Below are positions 50,454-63,001 of a stretch of 64,000 nt of DNA, piece by piece. Source of the DNA: Pseudovirgaria hyperparasitica (taxonomy: Eukaryota); NCBI GenBank assembly GCA_010093815.1, contig ML996565.1, one strand, 5' to 3'. Under the pieces are notes generated by a model. It was not told the origin of the DNA, ran no database searches, and worked only from the letters and a program-made list of their open reading frames with translations. Position 1 is the first letter of the stretch; each line of letters starts with the position of its first letter. The translations under genes and the position numbers were made by a program.

Positions 50454-52317
50454 TCAGGCCGCTGGATATGTCAGGAACAAGTCATCGAGGAATATGTACG
50501 AGTAGGCATTCGGCGGCGCCCCACTCGGTACACAGCTGTAGGTGAAGCTAAGTACCTGGTTCGGTGAGCTCGGAATGATGGGCGTGGTCGTTTCAGGGCC
50601 CTTCCAGTTATATGGGCGGGGGTCATCCGCGGTTGTAAGCGTTCTAGTATATACCACGACGTTGCCTAGGGCAATCTCGAGTGTACAGAGCGACACCTGG
50701 ACCATCGAGTACAGATCATAGTAGAAGGTGAGGGAGTATGGGCGATCGGTGGCGAGGTTAGTCTGTGGCTGTGTCATGATAGGGATCGGATTGGCGGAGG
50801 AACCGGAGTAATGGAGGATGCTGTGGGTTACGATTAGATTTTGAGTGGAATGGTGTTGGGTAGATGCGACTTACGCGTATGTAGACCCGCCATGAGCTGC
50901 GACTTGAAGACGGTTAGGGTATACTCTACCACCGCCAATGTTCGTCCAGTCGATCATCGAGCCTTGTGGCCCAGACGCAGTGATTTCCTCGAAGCCCGCA
51001 TTACGAAGCACGTTTGTGCCTGCTGGAAGGGGTGCGATTGAGGGGGTCGGCTCCGGCGTTGGTTCTGGAGTCGGAGATGGGGTCTCGGACGTTGGTTCAG
51101 GTGTTGGAGTTGGCTCTGGCGTCGGAGATGGGGTCTCGGACGTTGGTTCAGGTGTTGGAGTTGGCTCTGGCGTCGGAGATGGGGTCTCGGAAGATGGCTC
51201 AGGCGTTGGAGTTGGCTCTGGAGTCGGAGATGGGGTCTCGGAAGATGGCTCAGGCGTTGGAGTTGGCTCTGGAGTCGGAGATGGGGTCTCGGAAGATGGC
51301 TCAGGCGTTGGAGTTGGGTCAGGAGTCGGGGTAGGGGTCTCAGATGTAGGCTCTGGAGTTGGACTTGGAGTTTCTGAAGTCGGCTCTGGTGTGGGAGTAG
51401 GAGTCTCAGAAGTTGGCTCTGGAGTAGGGGTCGGGGTCTCGGATGTAGGCTCTGGACTTGGGGTTTCTGAGGTGGGCTCCGGCGTTGGGCTTGGAGTCTC
51501 AGAGGTAGGCTCTGGTGTCGGCGTAGGTGTAGGAGTCTCCGAGGTAGGCTCCGGAGTAGGTGTAGGTGTCGGAGTCTCGGACGATGAGGAGGACGGAGTG
51601 GGAGTGGGGGTAGGCGTGCTGGTGGGTATAGCTGACGAGCTTGACGAAGGTTGAGGTGTCGAAGTCGACGAGCTCACGCTCGGAGTCGGAACTGAACAAG
51701 TTTTATCGTAGAACGTATAGTGACTGTCCGATGCCGCTTTAAAGTTCCCAGCGAGCACAGCATCGTAGAGCAAGCATCTCTGTTTTCCAAAAGCAAAGCT
51801 TTTACACCGTTCCTTGGAAGCGCAAAGAGCCTTGCAAGCTGGTAAGGTGGCCTTCTGCCCCGATCTATCGATGTAGTACGCCTGAGGGTGCTCCTTGTCG
51901 TAACCGACCTTTCCACATATAGGGCTAGAAGGGTTTGAGACTGGGGGCACACAGCACTTGTTACTGAAAGTTCGGCGACCCTGGGAATTACGGGAAGCGC
52001 AAGAAGAACTACAGCAAAAGTGAGCTTGGGAGATGAGGAGATTAGGGGGAATATTACATAGACTTTTGATACAAACGACAGGAGCCTTCCCCGATCGAAA
52101 AGGATTTGCAGAATGCGTCTTGATTGCATCGTGCACCGCACCCTGCCTTGGTGGTGTATTTACTGTCGCGGCTCGTCCAGTACGGGGTTGAGGTCTTTAG
52201 TTTAAGTTCATCGCCCCTAACGTCACACTTTGAAGCTGGGCATTGTGGAGTAGTCCGTTCCTGAAGTGGAGAAGCGACGGCCAAGGCGGCGACCAAAGCT
52301 AGCAGGAATGCTTTCAT
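50454..52317 (-). CDS. Secreted modular protein: two PAN/apple-like Cys domains, Pro/Thr/Ser/Glu repeat stalk, C-terminal CBM-like beta-sandwich
   Basis: [15 protein letters not shown] signal; C...C...C.SF.....C.LY motif twice; NVLRNAGFE; introns 52009-52057 and 50821-50874 join three ORFs in frame. Confidence 0.8.
51040..51625 (-). repeat. Coding tandem repeats PTPEP(T/S)SETP(S/T)
   Basis: Near-identical 54-bp units at about 51066-51320 and shorter variants of about 30-42 bp beyond. Confidence 0.92.
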
Positions 52318-53789
52318 GTTGACAGCGGGTTGAAAGAATTGCCGTAGTGACTCGAGGGAGGAGTGAGACAGTAGCGAGGAGGTGGCCTTTTATTCTTTTG
52401 CAACATCCATGGGGAGCATCGACATGTGGAACATCCAGGCGCAAAAGGACAGACTAGTGAAAAGTAAGGACGGTGGATAGTCATCTTGCAATACGGAGAC
52501 TCCGTTACACTTTGTGGCTTTGTGGCTTGTAGGGCGGAAAACATCGTCAATAGACACCACCTTGACTTTCCAGGACGACTTGGCACACTCATCATGTTGG
52601 GACCTGAATGGAGCTGGAATGTGGAGGCCAAGACTAGGTCCCAATGGGGTAGTCAGCGAGACCAAAACTTCCCCCTTTTGATAATTCGGTTCATGACGCT
52701 AGGAAGATGAGACAGGGTAGACAGTAAGACAACTAGCCTTTTCTATCAATTAATTTAGCTCAGAGCAAAAGAGATGGCGCTTCCGAAATACCGCTATATG
52801 CAGGATGAGTAAGACACGGGATAAATTGTGCCAAAGTCACCACCGTTAGTCGCTGTTTCTTATATGTAGCGTTGGAGTTCGGAAGATATCAAGCCATCTT
52901 GTTGCGGCTTTCCAAAGCTCTATGGCAGCCATGTATCGGACAGGATAGTAGTGCTAATGCCTCAGTATTTGGATACCGAGGGCGGACTCAGCAGAAGCAG
53001 CCTATGGTGTCAATCTACAGACCCTTAACATCCTTGACTGCAGACTGCACTCTGTGGGTTTCTTCATTGAGGCTTCTGGGCTTTGGAGCAGTTGTAACGG
53101 TATCGAGTAAAGGCGTGCAACGATACTGGAATGGGCTTAGACGCGACCATTAAGCGAGGTGGCACAGGAACGGAGCGGCAGTAGTGTGGCGCTGGTGGAA
53201 ATGATTTCAGCCTCAAAAATCTCATTGCAGGGTCCAGGCCCAGCCAGGCTGCTATTAGTGAAAGAGCATGTGAGCACTGTCTTAGGTTTCTGGCTGGTGT
53301 CTGTAGTCCTATATATTTCGTTGCAGGTCATTTTATTTATCGATTAGACGTCTGTTTACTTTCAAGGGCAAGCTATAGAGCTCTGGACAGCGTTTTTCTT
53401 CCAACACAGAATCTACAACATAGAGTGGTTGAGCCTCGTAGCGCCCGCACGCGCGAGGGGACGAATCTGTGCGGTACTTTTGTACTACGCTAGATAAGGA
53501 CTAGTGCCCTTAGCTCGACGGAGGATCATCAAACCACGTGCAGCTGCGTCTCGTTTACCTACTTTGGTCGTATCGTCTGAGCGTCTCTATTACACTCTCA
53601 CACTCAAATTCGCGATTCGAAGTCACATGTACCAGGATCTCATCTGTTTGTTCACAGATGTTCTTGAAAAAGTCCCCGGTTGTTTAGGGCGTCTTCTCCT
53701 TGAACACTCAAGCTCCGATAATTTCATCTTACCACAGGGCAAGCCCTGCAAGAGAATCAGTTGAAACGCTCACTGAGGGATTCAATTGT

Positions 53790-55240
53790 TGCATGTGTAT
53801 CTTGGACATCATCGACATACGATAAAGGCACCAGACTATCGAAGTCATAACGTGAAAAAACACCAACAGGGCAATATCTAGACTGGTCCTAGAGACTCAA
53901 AACACCTATTTCTTCGCTGCGACTCAAACTACCTTAGCGCAATACTACCTCCATGGGATCTCTCAAGCTATATGACTTGATAATGGTGGTATTTTTAGAG
54001 AAGTCACAATCTCCGTAATTCCCTATTAGTTGTCAGAAATGGTAAAGAGGCATATAGCTTTCTCGTGTTGGCCGATATGTTTTCACATACTTAATTAAGT
54101 AGGTCAAGGGCGCCATAGTAGTTGACGCTGACCGCTCTATAGGTTATAGCACTGAGCACCCCGAGGATTTCGAGAACGGCATTAGAAAGCCAACTGCACG
54201 CTGGTCACTCCCTTTTCATTCACAGTGCTTGTTCAACACATTTCATATTATGACTCACCAGACTTAGGAGAAAATTATAAGGTAAATCAAGCAGGCTCGC
54301 AAAAAGGGAAAGCAATACAAGACACATCGTTGCCCACTATTCGTTCGCGTCTATAAATACCTATACAAAGCCCGACTCTTGCTTCAAGTCCGTCATGGTC
54401 AAGGACTTAACGGATCTTGACCGTAGCCTTTCTTGAAGGAAGTATTGGGACATATTGTCGTGACTCCTGAAGCAGGTACACAATTTGAATTGAATGGCTT
54501 CTTCTAAAAGTTAAAAGTCCCGTATGACGTTGTTTCATTCTACGAAGGACCCGCAATGATCACTTCGACCATCTAGGAAGACCTCTTACGTTAAGCCTAT
54601 GAAAACCCCTGATCTTATTGGGATAATTTCTTTATTATATACATAGTAACGATAGGCTCTCTTTGTAGAGTGTTTAACCGCCATTGATAGTTGGGAGCCA
54701 AAGTTGAATTATCAGCTCAAGGGCAAGAGTACGCCGTTCCTGCTTAGGGCGGCGCATTGCGAATGCAAAACATGTGCTAAACAAAGCCTGTCTTCGACCC
54801 TCCGGAAAGTTACGCGTCTATGTGATCGCTCTTCGGCCTTACAGCTTACTTGAAAATTGATCTTAGACGAAAACATCAACTTTAGTATATCGTCTCTTAC
54901 TGATGTATGTAATAGAAGAAGACCTTCTATAGACCTGATATATCGATACATGCTTTGTAAAAGCCTTATGATGAGGCTACAAGCCCACATCGTATGAACA
55001 CCCTTCACTAGAAGCATGCTCGTTCCCACTGTGTGTGTATGATGAGGTTCGAAAAACAAAGATTTGGCATTGTGTCAACCCTATCGGTTTCAAATAGGAA
55101 TTCGCTATTGCCCCCCCTAGTAGCCATCTCTAGCATCAAAATATCTCGTCGACTTACAGACGCTACCCACTGCTTTCAGCAGCTCGGAACTGAGTTGTTA
55201 TTCTCTCCTACGACTAGCGAAGCGACTATGACTAGATAGG
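53790..55240 (+). pseudogene. RIP-like degraded coding relic of unknown origin
   Basis: One + frame from about 54442 reads protein-like (VLGHIVVTPEAGTQFELNGFF*KLKVPYDVVSFYEGP..) with many TAA/TAG/TGA, as expected from CAA/CAG/CGA C-to-T changes. Confidence 0.4.
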
Positions 55241-56673
55241 GTTAAGAACTACGAAATTGGCTAAGAAGCAAGGCCTTTGGAGATTGCAAACAAAACTCAT
55301 ACCCAAGCTCAGCCACGTGTGAATTGAACTCGATGAATTTGAGAGATTTGAAGACACAGCGGTACATAGAGGGGTTAGTCTTAAGCTACAAGAGCATAGT
55401 CTTCGAGATATCTGGGGCATTCCGATCGGGAGGCTTTCAATAGGAGATCACAAAGACGGCCGTATAATTAACATTGGAAAGCCCATCTAAGACAGACAAG
55501 CTAGGTACGAGGACTCTAACAATACGACCGTCCACATCAAGACAATGAAGCTACAGTAAAAGACTCATTATGGAGTATTTTATGCCCAACCACATGTCCC
55601 AAATTGTGCAAAGACACGCCCTCTAGCACCCAGGCCATGGAAGACCATTTCACAAGGCAGGGCCGCACATCTCGTGTTAGACAAGCCAGATCGTCTGGGC
55701 GCACTCGCCAACAGCTATCAATGTACTCTTGACTAGAGCTTTGGCTCCAGCGCTATTTATGTCAGTATGGATGTCACCGTAAGCACTCCAGCCGAGTAGG
55801 CCAACGCACGGATCTCCGCGTGGAGGTAATCAATGACACTGAGGGAACATAATCGAGATATAATCACGGACCGCACGTGCTGCGACGGACATATTTTCCT
55901 TTGCATTAATGCTCTGAGAAAAGAGGAGAACGCGAGGCGGTTTAGTCTCGGACTCGACGTTAGAATTGCCTCTATCCACTGGGGGCTTGCAAAATTTTAT
56001 GGATGGTGAGCCATATTCTATTGAGTGATAAAACCGCAGTAATTAGCGAACTCTTACATGAGATGAGCTTGATATGGTCACTCAATCCTGCGAAAATTTG
56101 CACTGAAGTCACTCACGAAATCACTCTTCTTGATGTCTCAGATCAAGTATAAGGTATCAAGACAGTGATGAAGGTGAAACGTGCCAGTAGTCATCGCGTA
56201 ATATAAGATATAGGACACATGAGTACTCCCATGACTTGGAGCAATGAATCGACCAATGTACACTAAATCGTCTTCGGAGATAGTCACTTCGTGCCCTTAT
56301 ATGAAGCCCACTATATCACTTTTTACCTTTACAACCGATGACATGTTCAAACCATGGCCTATCCGCCTGTTTGCCATTGGTTCACGAGGCAATGAACTTC
56401 TTTCTCATGGTAATATAGTTCCAAATACCACGAAGCTTTTTGTGACTAGGAATCCGACATGGCGAGTATGTATGCAAGCAGATGTTCGATTGCCCATTGT
56501 GGAACCCGGTAATTGGTCTTGGTCAACGTTCGACGCCGAGATTACGGGCTTTGTCGTCTTAAATCCCTGCTGCCGTTGAAGCCTCCCTGATTTGACCGAA
56601 CCAAGTTCAAGCAAGCGTATTATGGAGCCTTATTCAATTCCGGTTTCAGTCATACCTGCTTGATCAACACCAT

Positions 56674-58455
56674 TCATAGCACCCACTCGTTCCCTTCCGG
56701 CGTCTGACATCCTAAGTCCATGTCTTCTATATACTTCTGCACCCTCTCCATCATCCATCCTGAACTCACGCCATGCCCGCCATTCGCATCGACTTCAGCC
56801 CTTCTCACACATCCACCTGCGGCATTTGAGTATTCCAAGCACTGTGACGTCGCCGGATACCCAAGCTTCACATTCGCCGAAACCGAGCATTTCCCATTCG
56901 AGTATGAGAATTGTATGCACTCTTGCCTGTTTGCACACACAGCACGACAATTCTCGAATGACTTATGCGCTACCTTGGCGATGTCTGGCATCGAATCGCG
57001 CACCGCAGAATCTAGCTTCGCGAGTTCGAACTCACTATACTCCGTATCTGTAGACAGATTATCCCAGTCTGGCTTCCGCACACTCAAGTTCGGCTTTATC
57101 ATGCCCGCGAAGACATCGCGATGCCTCAACACCGCGTCCACCCCATGCTTTTCCCTCCATTCCGTCTCAAACCCCCATAACGCCTGCACCTCATCAGCAC
57201 GCATATGATGCCATGTGGCTGGTGCATAGCACCAGGGCCGTCTGTCCAGTTTACTGATATTGAAATCCAAGCTTGCAACGGCATCGCCCTGGAAGTGAGG
57301 CCAGGCGACGAAGAGATTTATGTCGACTTGCTGCAGTGCTTTGGCAAGCACTCCATCGCCCGCCCATGACTTTTCCGTGATTGCATCTAGATCTTCCTCA
57401 TGCGACGAGTAATGCGCCGCAAGTTTCTGCATCGCAGGACGTGACAGCACAAAGCCACTGCCTCCATGCGCGAAGAGCACATCGTCAAGAAACATATGCT
57501 TGCCGATATAATGAGGTTTTTCCGCGTCGAAATTTGCTAAATATGTAGCTAGATTCTGAGCGGATAGATAGGTATCTGGCTCGAGAAACACATACCATTT
57601 GGCGTCCGGTCTGTAATCTAGAGCAGCGCGCGTCATTGGTAGGAATTTGAACTTGTCCAGCTTCCAGCCTGGGTTCTCGAGTGCTCCGGCCGGGCCGCTT
57701 CCATATAGAATGGCGTCGTCGAGGCCGGCGCGGCCATGCTCGCGAAGGTGGCGCCAGTGCGTGAAGTCTGGAACACGCGAGCGCGTGGACTCGGATATAT
57801 GCGCGAGCACATCATGGACTGGGTGTCCAGTGATGGTCTCGGACAGATCGGAGTAGATAATGTAAGACGAGATGCAGGTGAGAGTCGTGCGGAAGTGGAC
57901 GGGAAGTTTCTGGGGGGCTTCAGTCGCGCCGGTCCGTATGACAATGAGGAAGTCTGATGAGAGGGCAGCATGGGGGCAGGGGGGTTCTTGATCTGCATCG
58001 GACGCCGGCTGGGGAATGTTATGATGCTGTACTTGGGCATCCTCGTCATCGTCGCTAGGTCGGTGTTTAGGCGCCGCCAAGTCGAGTTTTCCTCGCTGCC
58101 GTGCCTCCTTCTCTTCCTTTAAGGCCGTCTCTTCCAAGGACTGTCCTGCTGCGTCTGCACTACCTCGGGCTTCTCCAGTATCTGGTACCCCATGCCAGCG
58201 CTCTGCCTGCCCGGCTTCTTCTCTGACTTGTATGCTTGCCAAAGGCTTCTCGTCTGAATAATACCAGTACAACAGCACGCACAAGCAAACGATAATCAAC
58301 GTCCGAAATCGTCGCTTCTGTCTGAGTGTACCTGGAGCGGTACGTGGGTTTGAATAAGGCAAGTCGCGTCGACGTGCGGTGCCCATGTAGCCCTGAGCGA
58401 ATTGGTAGATGCGCCTCGAAAGATAGAGAAGGAAGGCGCCCGAGAGCAGGACCAT
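56674..58455 (-). CDS. Glycosyltransferase family 31 (fringe/core-1 beta-1,3-galactosyltransferase-like) with C-terminal PAN-like Cys region
   Basis: TM anchor, IRTGATE...KLPVH, GWKLDKFKFLPM, KWYVFLEPDTY, FAHGGSGFVLS, WAGDGVL, WC..PATWHH. Confidence 0.88.
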   Translation of the reverse strand: MVLLSGAFLLYLSRRIYQFAQGYMGTARRRDLPYSNPRTAPGTLRQKRRFRTLIIVCLCVLLYWYYSDEKPLASIQVREEAGQAERWHGVPDTGEARGSADAAGQSLEETALKEEKEARQRGKLDLAAPKHRPSDDDEDAQVQHHNIPQPASDADQEPPCPHAALSSDFLIVIRTGATEAPQKLPVHFRTTLTCISSYIIYSDLSETITGHPVHDVLAHISESTRSRVPDFTHWRHLREHGRAGLDDAILYGSGPAGALENPGWKLDKFKFLPMTRAALDYRPDAKWYVFLEPDTYLSAQNLATYLANFDAEKPHYIGKHMFLDDVLFAHGGSGFVLSRPAMQKLAAHYSSHEEDLDAITEKSWAGDGVLAKALQQVDINLFVAWPHFQGDAVASLDFNISKLDRRPWCYAPATWHHMRADEVQALWGFETEWREKHGVDAVLRHRDVFAGMIKPNLSVRKPDWDNLSTDTEYSEFELAKLDSAVRDSMPDIAKVAHKSFENCRAVCANRQECIQFSYSNGKCSVSANVKLGYPATSQCLEYSNAAGGCVRRAEVDANGGHGVSSGWMMERVQKYIEDMDLGCQTPEGNEWVL

Positions 58456-59338
58456 GAGGTTTAAAGAGACGAGAAGCAGACAAACAGAAGAGAGAGTATA
58501 AGAATGTCTATGGAAACGATATCATGGCTGATGAAGTGAAGATATGCCCAGAAGGTTACGGCGTTGCGAAGTTGTGGCTGGCTAGGACTCTAGAGCTGCT
58601 TCCCCGCGAAATAACCTTGGAAGCGCTAAGACGGAGCGGAGGCGGGACCCGTACCCAGGCTCTTGGCCACATTTTTTTCCGCTAATATAAGCGACATGGA
58701 ATATCTCAATCAAATTATGAGGGAATGATATCTATCAACTTCAAGATCGGTGGAAGTGCTATTCATCAATAGTTCTATCTAGTCAGAATATCTTATTATC
58801 GACGTGGGGGCTTGGAATCGTGGTTCAAATCACTTTACTTGTAGTTTCATATGATTGAGAGCCCAGGCAGGTGAGCACAGCACCCAAGACGTTCCAACTC
58901 TTGATGATCCTGCACTAACCTAATCAGACTACGACCGCAACATAAAATTATTCCTTCAAGATCTTACGTCTATCAGATATCCGGACGGATACCGGATATT
59001 TGATAGTCCAGCGGACATCCTTCTTGATAACCCTCGGCAAGCGACTCCCTGGCGAACAAGCTCGATCCATTAAGCATTGCCTGCAGCAGAAGATGTGATT
59101 CTTGGGTAATGCTAAGAATCTGCTCCAAGTCGATGGAGCCTGGTTGTGAACGCCTGGTCAAGCCAGCTCCATCGGATGTGTGACGAATAGCAGCTATGAT
59201 AACCTACACACCACGTCCATTCCAGGCAGGGATTAACGGTAATTACGAGAAAGCAGCACAGGAGTAAAACGACGAGGGTGATCTTACAGTTTCTTCCACT
59301 CTATCGCTCAGCTAGAAAGACAAATCCACGAACTTTTA

Positions 59339-60032
59339 TCAAATAGGAGCCTCGCCATAATCATCAAAGCAATCTAGGCGAGTAGTTAGCACTAGAACTT
59401 CCAATTATCGGTGCAAATTTACCGCCACACCCCTTAGAATCAGAGAGACAGACTCTAGTAGTGTTCATAGCATCTTCAGCCTGTCCATTGACCTTATCCT
59501 TCTTCGCGTTACCACAATTCAGAACGTCCCGAGCGACTTGTCGGATCGTTATCGGCTCTGGCAAATTTGGCACACCGAATGTGGTGCTATATCTGCCGGG
59601 CTGCGCGGCAGCGTAGACACAGCAGCCCCTATAGCAAGCAACACTAGATCTACGTGTTAGAAACACAAGAGAGAAAGAACAGATGGCCTTACTTCCATGC
59701 GTAGTAGCCAAGTTTGTTCTCACTAAAATTGGTAAAGCTACAAGGTTTCTTAGTCGTGTAGCTGTTGTATGTTAGAAACCGAACGCTCGATGTCCATGAG
59801 AGGTTACCTTTGATTCCAGTTCGCATCGTTATTTAGTAAGTTTTGGCAGTCTGACAAGATAGCGTTGCCTGTGAAGAAGAGAAATGAGCTAGTCCAGTGA
59901 TTCACTGCTTGAGGCTGGAGTCTTACTAGTAAGACCGCATTTAAGCTCATCAGTATCTCTTCGAATGATACGAAAAGAGGTTACGGAGATAATGAGGAAA
60001 GGTATAATTAACATCAAAGTCGTGAAGTACAT
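59339..60032 (-). CDS. Small secreted cysteine-rich protein (163 aa, 10 Cys), 5 exons
   Basis: Exons 60032-59927, 59868-59808, 59761-59693, 59643-59423 and 59373-59339 total 492 nt in frame; all introns GT..AG (46-58 nt); signal peptide then RR; ends VCLSDSKGCGDCFDDYGEAPI. Confidence 0.85.
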
Positions 60033-61409
60033 CTCGGCTTTGTGGAGACTTAGGAGCCTCATGTTTCAAATTGAGGAGAATAGCAGTTGACTTACATTGT
60101 TGGGGAGCGTATGTAGCGTAACGTAACTTGTCGCATAGTAGCTAGCCGCGGACCGATGGCTTACTATTCCGCTTTGAGTGGCCCGGAAAACTCTGATACA
60201 CTAGCAGATAAAGCAATGACACAATGATAAGATCTGGATTCAACATGGTACACATTTGTCCATCTTTCCTCGATCTTCAATGATTTCTTTCGAATATGAC
60301 GCATGCATCTTGTCGAAAATGTGCTCTATCTTAGTATATGTACAGTGTCTAGTCGATGAGGTAAGACTACGTGGCACTGTCAAGTGTCATGTAATTGACG
60401 CCGAAACTTTGAGCGTCCCCATGGCGAGGACTTCGATATTTACCACGTGATAACTGTATATATTCTACCTATAGTACTGTATGAAGTGTGGAAGGGTAGT
60501 AGTCTTCAGTGCGGTATTTAGTACGGAGAATTCCATTGTCTTAAGATATGATAATACAAGTCTTTGATCCTCACATTAATTATGGGTGGGAGTGTAAAAA
60601 GAGAGTATAGTATTTATGTGCAGATCCAATGGACTAGATTAAGCAAAGCCAAGCTCGTGTAACGGCAGACATCCATTACTAGGAGGCCACAATCTCGTAA
60701 TTCCTGAAAGGGGTAAATTATCGTATGACTGAAATTCGACAAAAGTAACTTAGACTAGTGTCGTTTTGATTTTAAGTAATACTACTAAAGTATAGACGTC
60801 CATAGGATGAAATCTAAGGTCTAAGGAACATTCTTGCATGCCCGCTGTGATTTATACCAAGTCCTATCTTGTTCATGCATTTGGTTTAGCTTGCAAGAGT
60901 CGTGCCGGAATCCGAAACGGCTTCCACATACGCTAACCTTTGCATTGTCTCGCACAGTCAGCCATGCGCACACAGCGTGAGGCCGATCGGGAACGAACGG
61001 TTTGTCATGTAATTAACCAACCATGCAGTGGACAAGGTTAACTGACGTGAACTACACTGGGGGTGTGGTCAAACATCTAGCTTCCCGTGCGAGTAGCATA
61101 CCTATCTATGCAATTTCGAATGTCGAGTCATGGCTAAAGAACGTGTGATATATCGCATCTCACGTTTGGAGTTGGTGAACTCTCCCTTGCTCTACCGTGC
61201 ATGGCATTAGATGTGGGACTCTTGTCAGCCTTATGGATCAGTGTAAAATGACGACCTTGAACTCAACGTTTACACGACATCTCGATCTCTCCCCGCCAAA
61301 CACTCAACCGGATAATCTAACAGTCTTCCTTTGATCCCTCTTTATCGACCTCATTTAGTTTCCCCTGATCCTTGATATAGCAATTTGTCCGCACCTCCTT
61401 TCAACCATC

Positions 61410-61670
61410 ATGCTCTCCAGCTCCTTGACGGCCCGCAACCTCGGTCTAGGCATCGGCCTCGCACTCGCTATCTCTGGATGTGCTATTTCCAGCATTGTTC
61501 TTTTGCGACGCTGGTATTTTGCTCGACAGGATCAACGAGGCGAAACTGAGGTAGAGCGATGTGGGAGCGAACATGTAGTACATCTCCCGATACCCTCCTC
61601 ACCACTCTGTCGCCAGAATCTCCACCATGGGCATACAAATAAGAAAGGAGAGGATAGAGAGACTGTATAG
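61410..61670 (+). CDS. Putative small single-pass membrane protein (86 aa)
   Basis: ccatcATG context after a pyrimidine-rich leader; hydrophobic LGLGIGLALAISGCAISSIVLL followed by RRW. Confidence 0.4.
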   Translation: MLSSSLTARNLGLGIGLALAISGCAISSIVLLRRWYFARQDQRGETEVERCGSEHVVHLPIPSSPLCRQNLHHGHTNKKGEDRETV

Positions 61671-61912
61671 AAGCCTTGGGGACGAGTTGCATGAACGTTG
61701 TTATAGTCTAAGAGTGAGTGAGCATGAGAGGGTTTTTTTTGATAGTCTTTTGTCAGAATGGAAAGCAGGCGGGAAAATGATATAAAGTGCTTTGCTGACG
61801 TAGATGACAGGTGATCGGCGGTACCACCACAAGGTGCCTTGCGACTGGGTTTATACAAGAACGTACCGAAATGCTACTCCATAGGTTAACCAGAGGCTTT
61901 CACTGCTACTCA

Positions 61913-63001
61913 TTACCAACGGGAACGCTTCGGTACCAGGACACCAGCTGCGGCTTGTGTGGGATTCGGATGGAGCTTGTAATTCAATGAGTCCAACAGG
62001 GCGAGCATGCCAAAGTGAGCTGTCCGTTGTTAATAGGAGCTACCGTGAGCCGTACGAGCGTTGTAGACTAACCATAATTATCCGCATTGAGGAGCGCATC
62101 GACTGTCTGTTTTCTAATGATGTTACTCCAACCATACGCACCGGTTGATAGTTCCACGTCTTCCGCTACACGAAGAGGTTTAGTATCATGATGGCATCCG
62201 GTAAGGGAGAGAGAGAGCATATCTTACTAAACATAGGTGGAGTGTGTGTGAGTTCATGTAGTATCGTAGGGCTCATAAAGAGGTCTAGGTCAACCATAGA
62301 TAATGGCATGGAGTTAGCCGGGAATTGGGCTATAACTTCCGTAAGTGAGGGTCTCAGTCCTTCAAACATCTTATCGCATAGAGTTATGCTAGCTCGTTCT
62401 TTTGGTACGGGCTCCGAAGGTGGATAGCTTAGAGAGTCTAGTTTATGACGATATGTTGCCGCCGCGGTAGTACGTTTAAAGCACATTGGAATGCCCGGGA
62501 AGTACAGACCACTGATAGGATCCTCCAATACTAGATACTCCGGAGGAACCTGTGAGTTTTGCAGGTACGGTCGGGTCCGTTAGGGAACCATTCCTGCAGC
62601 TTGTGCCTCGGGAACTCAGTTCGATCGTGTGCCAGAGTCCAGCGTCTATCGCCATCACAGTAAATATGGATATCTGCCAACCTCCACCTAGGTTCATGAG
62701 TCATTGACGCGATTTCCCCCATGATACCGCGGACAGAATCAACAGCATCTTCATCCTCATCAGGATCGGCGTTATAGACGCGCATGAAGGCAGCTCTAGT
62801 CTCAGGAGACATCGGGTCAATCGCTAAAAGATCTTCCGCCAGCTCGGCCATTTTCAGTGCTTCTGCGAAGGCTCTGGTCAATCCGCGACGGCCATTACAG
62901 GATGAATGGAAAGCAAACGTTGAAGCGGCGAGGGAGTGGGTAAAGAAGACAGATGCTACGAGTAGGGACACGGTGACGATTTTATCCTGAATTAAGATCA
63001 T
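61913..63001 (-). CDS. Secreted HEXXH zinc metalloprotease (M35/aspzincin-like) with a frame break near 62570
   Basis: Signal peptide, IYCDGD, ITLCD, TILHELTH, ED..GAYGW, ALLNADNYAHFG; two 3' introns; ORFs 62531 and 62166 are in different frames. Confidence 0.75.

Noticed and set aside
50938..51654. Gly/Val/Ser-rich + strand ORF
   Set aside because: Antisense shadow of the PTPEPTSET coding repeat
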